A program made the position numbers and the translations under genes. From the NCBI RefSeq assembly GCF_006345805.1, contig NW_021833109.1:1-58237 (forward strand): a stretch of 58,237 bases of DNA, read 5' to 3'. The notes beneath the pieces were generated by a model. That model was not told the origin of the DNA, searched no databases, and saw only the letters and a program-made list of their open reading frames with translations. Shown piece after piece: positions 50,691 through 58,237 of the stretch; positions within the stretch are counted from its first letter, which is position 1, and the number at the start of each line of letters is the position of its first letter. The DNA comes from Octopus sinensis. Lineage: Eukaryota.

Positions 50691-50815
50691 TCATCATCAT
50701 CGTTTAATGTCCGTGCTTTCCATGCTAGCATGGGTTGGATGACGCTAGCATATAAAACCATCAGAGAATCTATAAATCAGAAAAAACACTACTTGTATAT
50801 CTATCAGTAGAGTGG

Positions 50816-51026
50816 GTATATGAATTGAAGTGTACAGTATTATATATCCATTATGGCCAATCTTACCAATCGGTTTCACACAAGAGGTTCAACAGAGTGT
50901 TAGGTAACAATCCGATTATGTAATGCCGTGCTCTTCAGAGATGTGAGTTATGAACCCCTAGTGTGAAACCGATTAGTGAGGCTGGCCATAATAAATATAT
51001 AATACTGTACACTTCAATTGATATGC
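50816..51026. repeat. Fold-back PLE pseudo-LTR remnant (arms 50816-50890 and 50951-51026)
   Basis: Imperfect ~75-bp inverted arms; homologous to 31405-31510. Confidence 0.85.
50860..50942 (-). ncRNA. Type I hammerhead ribozyme with 46-nt loop II
   Basis: Minus strand ATCT CTGAAGA GCAC [46 nt] GTGT GAAA C CGATTG GTA AGAT. GUA site (cut between 50864 and 50863). Confidence 0.78.
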
Positions 51027-51079
51027 ATATATATATATATATATATATATGCATATATATCTCTATCTATATCTATATA

Positions 51080-52371
51080 CGAGGGGCGTTCAATAAGTAA
51101 TGCCTCTGACCCACTTGCCGTTGTTTGATCTAGCTGAAATTTTGCATGTGCAATTATTTATATCTCTATAGATTAAGTGGCAAATTACAGCTCCGAACAA
51201 ATTGTGGTTTCTGATTTACATGAGTTTGAAATGAGTCAAGTGGGAAATGGAGCCTGTTGAGTGTCGAGCAGTGATCCGGTTTTTGTATTTGAAATGACGC
51301 ACACCACAGGAGACTTTTGATGAAATGAAAGTAACTTATGGTGATGATGCCCCATCATATGACCTTGTAAAATGCTGGCATCGTGAATTCAAACATGGTC
51401 GGAACTCTGTGGAAACAGCTCCCAGATCTGGTCGCACCCCTTCTGCCATTGATGAGGCATCTGTCCGTCAAGTTGAGGCTGCCATTTTGAAAGATCGACG
51501 CATAACTATTCGCCAAATAGCCCATGAGGTCAAGATTAGTACCGGGTCTGTGGAAACTATCATTCATGACCATTTGCATATGCAAAAGGTGTCTGCCAGA
51601 TGTATTCCCAGGTTGCTCACACTTTTCCAGAAGCAAGAACGCGTCGAGTGCTCGAGGATGAATTTAGGGATGTGCCAAGAAGATGAGTCAAAATTTTTCT
51701 AAAGACTGATTACACAGGATGAGACCTTGGTTCATCACTATGATCCAGAGACCAAAGCCCAGTCAATGCAGTGGAAGCACCATGACTCACCTCCTCCAAA
51801 GAAGGCAAGGGTGCAGCCCTCCGCTGGCAAGGCCATGCTCACAGTCTTCTGGGACCAGGACGGAGTAGTGATGACAGATTTCCTGGCAAAGGGTACCACA
51901 ATTACAGGAGCCTATCATGCTTCACTTTTGAGGAAATTAAGAGAAGCTAGCAAAACCAAGAGGCGGGGCAAGATCAGCAAAGGCATCCTCCTCTTGCAGG
52001 ACAACGCTCCGGTTCACAACTCGCGTGTCGCCAGATCAGAAGCACAGGCATGCGGCTATGAACTCTTCCCCCATCCCCCTACTCTCCTGACCTTGCATCC
52101 TCTGATTTTCACCTCTTTCCAGCCATGAAGTTGTTTTTGAAAGGAAAGCGTTTCCCAGATGATGCAGCCTTGATTTCTGAAGTCACATCGAGGTTGGAGG
52201 ACCAAGCTGGGGTCTTCTACGAAAATGGTCTCCAGAGCTGCATCAAACGATGGGAGAAATGCGTAACTTTGGTTTTTTCCTATGTAGAAAAAGACTAATA
52301 CCTGTGCCAAGTTTCGTTGCTCTACTGCTATGGGAAGTGGATCAGGGGCATTACTTATTGAACGTCCCTCG
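51080..52371 (+). mobile_element. mariner (DD34D) copy 2, same family as 13244-14537
   Basis: Same TIRs, TA at 51078-79 and 52372-73. ATG at 51247, nonsense codons near 51295 and 51700, frameshift near 52080. Confidence 0.97.
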
Positions 52372-52752
52372 TATATATTAAGATATATATGCATACATAC
52401 ATACATACATGGTGGCTGCTCCCTCGCTATCGAGTATGGCCATTGCACGAAGCTTAATCAATGTTGTTATCGTGCAATGCCTGTGCAAGAAGATTTTTTT
52501 TTAAAGTGAGGAAAGGCTGTGCACTGAGTCAATCCCACCCACTAAGCAACAGCAGCCATAATCTGAAAAGAAGAACAAGTCAACATCATCGGTAACCACA
52601 TACATACATACATACATACATACATACATACAAACATGTATATATATATATATACCGCAGTAAACACATAAATGTGAAACAAGGTGGAAAAAAGGTACTC
52701 AAATACCAGTGGTAGAGTAATATACTTTATTTAAAGCAGTGGAAAATTCAAC

Positions 52753-52798
52753 AAAACTGTTACTCTGAGTTTCACGTTACCGTTCGTCAGACAGTTTT
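52753..52798 (-). ncRNA. Minimal type I hammerhead ribozyme (intact core)
   Basis: Minus strand AAAACTGT CTGACGA ACG GTAA CGT GAAA CT CAG AGT A ACAGTTTT. 8-bp stem I, GNRA-capped stem II, GUA site (cut between 52761 and 52760). Confidence 0.85.
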
Positions 52799-52806
52799 TT
52801 CTAGCA

Positions 52807-52850
52807 AAAACTGTCCGACGAACGGGACGTGAAACTCAGAGTAACAGGTT
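52807..52850 (+). ncRNA. Mirror hammerhead with U4C core substitution
   Basis: AAAACTGT CCGACGA ACG GGA CGT GAAA CTCAGA GTA ACAG. Confidence 0.6.
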
Positions 52851-53999
52851 TTGTTGAATTTTCCACTGCTTTAAATAAAGTACATATATATATATATATA
52901 TATGTAATCATTTAACGTGTTTTCTATGCTGATGTGGGTTGGACTATTTGACAGCATCTGATGACTACAGAGCTATACAAAGCCCCAACATCAGCTTTGG
53001 CATGGCTTCTATGGCTGGATGCCCTTCCTAATGCCAATTACTTCACAATATGTAACGAGTGCCTTTTTCGTGCCACTGGCGCCAGTGGGGTTGCCAAGTA
53101 ACTTACAAGACAAGTAACTTACAAGAGAGGAAAAAAAAAAAGAAAAGATCTCCTCGACTTGGTGGAAGGTATTTGTGGGGAGAGGAGAGGTGGCTTTATG
53201 TCAGTTGTTGAAGTCTAAAGTGTTGTAGAGGGACAAATACAAGGGCCTTGCCATTGAAGAGGTACATGACAACTCCATATTATATAAGATTATACAAGGG
53301 TGGGTGAGATAGGCTGAAAGAGCCATAAAGACTTTGGAGACAGGGTGCCAGAGAATACTCTCAGGGTACAAGAAGGTATGTAGAAGAGAGAATATCAACA
53401 GTAGATCAGGAGGGAAGGAAAGGGTAGGTACTTTCATAAGAGTGTGGGAGGAAAGTGACAGATGATTAGAGAAGAGGCTAGAGATTGATGTAGTAAAGGA
53501 ATAACAATGTGAATGGTATGGTTTATGTTAAGTATCAGTATGGGAGGAGGAGTAAGAAAGACAGAAGTGGCTCTGGAGGTGGGAGGTGACAACTGGCGAC
53601 ACATGTATGGACTGTTGTAGTATCATAAATCTGTAGATAGATCAAAAAGTAAGGAAACAATGTTCCAACCACATTTTAAAGCAATATTTTATACAGTTGA
53701 TGTCTTCCATATGCATCTCATGCCTACTCCAGTGCAGTCATTTTTCTTGCACACCATACATCCAGTTTTCATCTCAGCTCATTTGTGCTATCATACTCAA
53801 GTAAACTAACATTACACATCCAGAAGAGCATGCTCGTTTCATTTCTTTCTAATCTTTTCAAATCCTTTGTGCACTCAAGGTTCATGTTATGTTACCAAGA
53901 AGCATTGCAGATTCTGTAAAAGCATTGTACAAACTAGGCATCTCTTTAACAGAAAAAAACAAAACAAAAACAAATATCTATATTACCAACAAATTATCG

Positions 54000-54390
54000 G
54001 CACAGGAGGGGCTGTGGTAAGTAGCTTGTTTACCAACCATATGATTCTGGGTTCAGTCCCACTGTGTGGCACCTTGGACAAAGTGTCTTCTACTATAGCC
54101 TCGGGCTGACCAAAGCCTTGTGAGTGGATTTGGTAGACAGAAACTGAAAGAAGCCCATCGTATATATATATATGTGTGTGTGTTTGTGTGTCTGTGTTTG
54201 TCCCCACAACATCACTTAACAACAGATGTTGGTGTGTTTACATCCCTGTAACTTAGTGGTTCGGCAAAAGAGACTGATAGAATAAGTACTAGGCTTACAA
54301 AGAATAAGTCCTGGGGTTGATTTGCTCGACTAAAAAAAGGCGGCGCTCCAGCATGGCCGCAGTCAAATGACTGAAACAAGTAAGAGTAAA
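54000..54390 (+). mobile_element. SINE family A, full length
   Basis: Matches 1435-1870. Confidence 0.92.
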
Positions 54391-54589
54391 AAAGTAACAA
54401 AGGCAATAACTCTCCAGTTTCAATCATGTTCATACATTGACTACTATGTTTTCAGGTTACTCACCTAATACACCCTCTCACACATACCACCTCCATATAT
54501 ATGTACAGTATATACATACATACATGTATGTCGTGAATATGTACATACAGTTATGTATTTATATGTATATCTTTATATGTATATATGTA

Positions 54590-55280
54590 TTTACATCATC
54601 ATCATCATCATCATCATCATTTAGCGTCCGTTTTCCATGCTAGCATGGGTTGGACGGTTCAACTGGGGTCTGGGGAGCCCGAAGGCTGCACCAGGCCAGT
54701 CAGATCTGGCAGTGTTTCTACAGCTGGATGCCCTTCCTAACGCCAACCACTCCGAGAGTGTAGTGGGTGATTTTATGTGCCACCAACACAGGTGCCAGAC
54801 GAGGCTGGCGAACGGCCACGCTCGGATGGTGTTTTTATGTGCCACCGACACAGGTGCCAGACGAGGCTGGCAGACGGCCACGCTCGGATGGTGTTTTTAT
54901 GTGCCACCGACACAGGTGCCAGATGAGGCTGGCGGACGGCCACGATCGGATGGTGTTTGTTACGTCCCCAAAGCACGGAGGCCAGTCTATGCGGTACTGG
55001 CTACGGCCACGTTCGGATGATTTTCTTGTGTGCACCGGCACTGGTTACCACAAAGATACAAATTCCATTGATGTTCATCTATTTTGATTTGTTTTGATTT
55101 GATTTTCACTTGCCTCAACAGTCTTCACAAGTGTCACAAGAAGGAAGGTATGCACAGGTGGACTGACTACGTCCCAGGTAGGGGCCACGGGTTATGTCCT
55201 GACTAGTCTTGCGGGTCTTCGGATGGTCTTTTTATGTGCCACCGACAGGTGCCAGATGAGGCTGGCGAACGGCCACGATC
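54590..55280 (-). mobile_element. RTE-type LINE 3' UTR with four 62-bp tandem units (54771-55018)
   Basis: Unit TTTTATGTGCCACCGACACAGGTGCCAGACGAGGCTGGC...CGGATGGTG. Same 3' end as 35690. Confidence 0.85.
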
Positions 55281-55490
55281 ATATATATATATATATATTA
55301 TATATATATATATATATTAATATATATAGATATACATACACACCCCAAATATGTTAGCTGAATCCAGTCGTCTCGAGTCGTCCTGCTTTGCGAGGATGAT
55401 CCGGTTCTTGACTGAAGATTAAGAGGCTTTGAATGACCTGTCCGTGTTTTTTGTATTGTCTATTTGGATGTTTGCGTTCTTGTCCCATTT

Positions 55491-55529
<39 letters not shown>

Positions 55530-55684
55530 TGACGTATGTACACTTTGTTCTCTTATAGTAAGTACACATTTCACTAAACTTTGTATGACTTCAACACACT
55601 CTCTGCCCCCTCTCTCACATTTCTTTGCCTTTCTTACTTTGCACTTCACTGTCCCTGATCCTTGATTCTTCGGTCTACATGCTC

Positions 55685-55900
55685 TCTTTCTTCTCCCCTC
55701 CTTAAGTCCTTGTTCCTCTTTTCCTCTCTCTTCTCCCCTCCTTAATTCTTTTTTCCTCTTTTTCTCTCTCTTCTCCCCCTCCTTAATTCCTTTACTCCTC
55801 TTTTTCTCTCTCTTCTCCCCTCCTTAATTCTTTTTTTCCTTTTTCTCTCTCTCTTCTCCCCCTCCTTAATTCCTTTACTCCTCTTTTTCTCTTCTCTTCT
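55685..55900. repeat. Pyrimidine-rich ~43-bp minisatellite
   Basis: Repeated TCTCTTCTCCCC(C)TCCTTAATTC units. Confidence 0.8.
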
Positions 55901-56439
55901 CACGTGACTGCTGGCCAACCATAGCCCTTTTGCTTCAGACCACAGGCACGGTAACATCCATCGTTGTTATCATCTGCCGTAAGGCTTAATTCTCAAATAC
56001 ACTAGCTGAATCCAATTTGTCTCGAGTCGAAAGACGCCTGTTGTCTCAATGCTCTCACATATCTTGCTGCAACCCCAACAATGATCCTCTCCTAGCTTTC
56101 TCTCCATCATTTGTAGCAATCACCAAACCTCTGTATCATTTCACCTATTCTCACTACCTTCAAAACCCCTCAAGAGTATATCCTAATTCGACATCTTTGC
56201 CATCATCTCTCTCACTATCACTCTCCTTATATCATTCTCTAACTTACTCTCCTTTCCTTTCTGACTCTGGGTTGCCCTTGTGTCTACTCTACAGCTAAAA
56301 ATCTATCTTTGTCCCTCTGTAACCTTTAATCTCTCAAGTAGCATGAAGCTACCCCGCCTCTTCAATACTGCACCTCCTTCAAATTGATGGGGTTTCACCT
56401 TTTTTTTTACCTCTTTTCATGTCTTGCAAGTTACTTGGT

Positions 56440-56635
56440 GACTCTGTCAGTGCTGGTGCCACATATAAAGCACCCATACATGCTGTATAGTGGTTGGTGT
56501 TAGGAAGGGCATCCAGCCATAGAAACCATGCAAAAAAGACTATGGAGCCAGGTGCAACTCCTGAATTTGCAAGTTCCTATCAAACCATCCAACCCATGCC
56601 AGTATGAAAAATGGACGTTAAATGATGATGATGAT
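56440..56635 (+). mobile_element. RTE-type LINE 3' end, decayed
   Basis: GGTTGGTGTTAGGAAGGGCATCCAGC...GGACGTTAAATGATGATG. Confidence 0.8.
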
Positions 56636-57076
56636 AGACATACTTTTCTATCTGTCTGTCTGTCTGTCTGCCTGCCTGCCTGCCTGTCTGCCTGTCTGTC
56701 TGTCTGTTTGTCTGTCCATCTATCTATCTCCTATTGGTGCAACAGCTGGTACTCACAAACTGCTATAAACATTATTAAGCAAGGCAACAGCTCCAAGACT
56801 TATGACTAGTTTGAAATCTGTTAAAACCTGCGATGCACTGGTCTCTGGCAGGAAAACAGCATTCCTGACAAGCTGTAGTGATACTTGTATGATACAGGAT
56901 ATGAGGCACTGAAGCCATCACCCTTTATAACAGAAGAGGTCATGAAGAATTAACATATTTAGTGATTTGGGTCATGTCAGCAAAAAAAATATAATGGCCT
57001 GTAGTTAGCATAAATATGTGTGTGTGTATACATACATATGTATATATGTGTGCATTCTACATATACATATATACAT

Positions 57077-57213
<137 letters not shown>

Positions 57214-57307
57214 TATGTATATATATGTGTATGTACATATGTATATACATTTATGTGTATGTACATATGTTATATATCTATATGTGTGTGTGTATGTGTG
57301 TGTGTGG

Positions 57308-57500
57308 AGGCACATGGCTTAGTGGTTAGGGTGTCAGCACCATGATCGTAAGATTGTGGTTTCGATTCCTGGACCAGGCAACGCATTGTGTTCTTGAGCA
57401 AAACACTTCATTTCATGTTGCTCCAGTCCACTCAGCTGGCAAAAATGAGTAATGCTGTGATGGACTGGTATCCCGTCCAGCTGGGGAACACATATCCACT
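57308..57500 (+). mobile_element. SINE family B head and core
   Basis: GGCACATGGCTTAGTGGTTAGG...TTCGATTCC, GCTCCAGTCCACTCAGCTG. Confidence 0.85.
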
Positions 57501-57625
57501 CCAGCATTTTTTTTCTTTACCTCTGGTACTTTTTCTACCAGTCACTTTTGCCAGACTGCTAAGTTATGGATAAGTAGAATAACCAACACTGGCTGGTGGG
57601 GGACAAACACAAAAACAAAGACATG

Positions 57626-57675
<50 letters not shown>

Positions 57676-57677
<2 letters not shown>

Positions 57678-57823
57678 ACAGACTTCTTTCAGTTTCCTTC
57701 TGCCAAATTCACTCACAAGACTTTTGGTTTGCGCAGGGATATAGTAAAAGGCTCTTGCTTAAGGTGCCACACAGTGGGACCAACCACGAAATTATGTGGC
57801 TGGGAAGCAAACTTCTTACCACC
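57676..57823 (-). mobile_element. SINE family A, 5' half
   Basis: Reverse complement of family A. Confidence 0.8.
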
Positions 57824-58137
57824 ATGTAAAGTGAAACCGAGATTGCTGGCAAAACGCAGGTCGTGTCTTTAACAGCAGCAGGTGGAGGAGGTCCTGTTTG
57901 GCAAGAGAGAAAACTATTCTGAGAAATGTGCATCAACTGAAGGAAATGGGGTGGTGGTGGTAAAGCTTCTTGACACCACAAGACCCATTTGAATGAACTG
58001 CACAGGGAATCTACATCTCAGTACTTTCCATTTGTGATGACAAAATATGAACTCTTATTGGAATGTACTGAAAATTCCACACAACCTTAGCTTTGTTGTC
58101 TCATTTTATTTAACACACACACACACACACAACACAC

Positions 58138-58180
<43 letters not shown>

Positions 58181-58237
58181 TCCAGTATTCATTAAAGTAT
58201 AGTAGTCCATGGCATTTAAACCTGGTGAGTTTAGATG

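Larger units (their letters stand above)
52723..52882. repeat. 160-bp near-perfect palindrome carrying a hammerhead on each strand
   Basis: TACTTTATTTAAAGCAGTGGAAAATTCAAC... is mirrored around CTAGC at ~52801-52805. Confidence 0.92.

Noticed and set aside
54771-55018. CRISPR-like repeat array
   Set aside because: Units are contiguous with no unique spacers, lie in a LINE 3' UTR, and the context is eukaryotic with no cas genes.
55330-55420. CTCGAGACGAC motif (also ~56010) resembling a hammerhead 3' half
   Set aside because: Both copies have GAGAC rather than GAAAC, and no matching core or stems are found.

Overview
AT-rich animal genomic DNA dense in microsatellites. The SINE complement and repeat load point to an octopus-like cephalopod (inference, no database search run). 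No complete host gene is recognisable, and most listed ORFs are translated microsatellites. The window is a TE mosaic: two copies of one mariner (13244-14537 minus, disrupted only by one homopolymer frameshift; 51080-52371 plus), three older mariners, a DD37D/maT-like element, a full-length pogo/Tigger element and a pogo MITE, CR1, RTE and L1/Tx1 LINE remnants, three tRNA-derived SINE families, Helentron/Lep1-like elements and several Penelope-like element (PLE) GIY-YIG fragments. The most interesting signal is a dense set of type I hammerhead ribozyme motifs found by hand. Structurally complete ones lie at 13096-13144(-), 24129-24254(+), 35342-35403(+), 50860-50942(-) and 52753-52798(-), with further variant-core, decayed and half motifs. 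Several sit in fold-back palindromes, including a 160-bp rod (52723-52882) with a hammerhead on each strand. PLE hammerheads are a known class, so novelty would lie in these architectures and variant cores. No activity has been tested.
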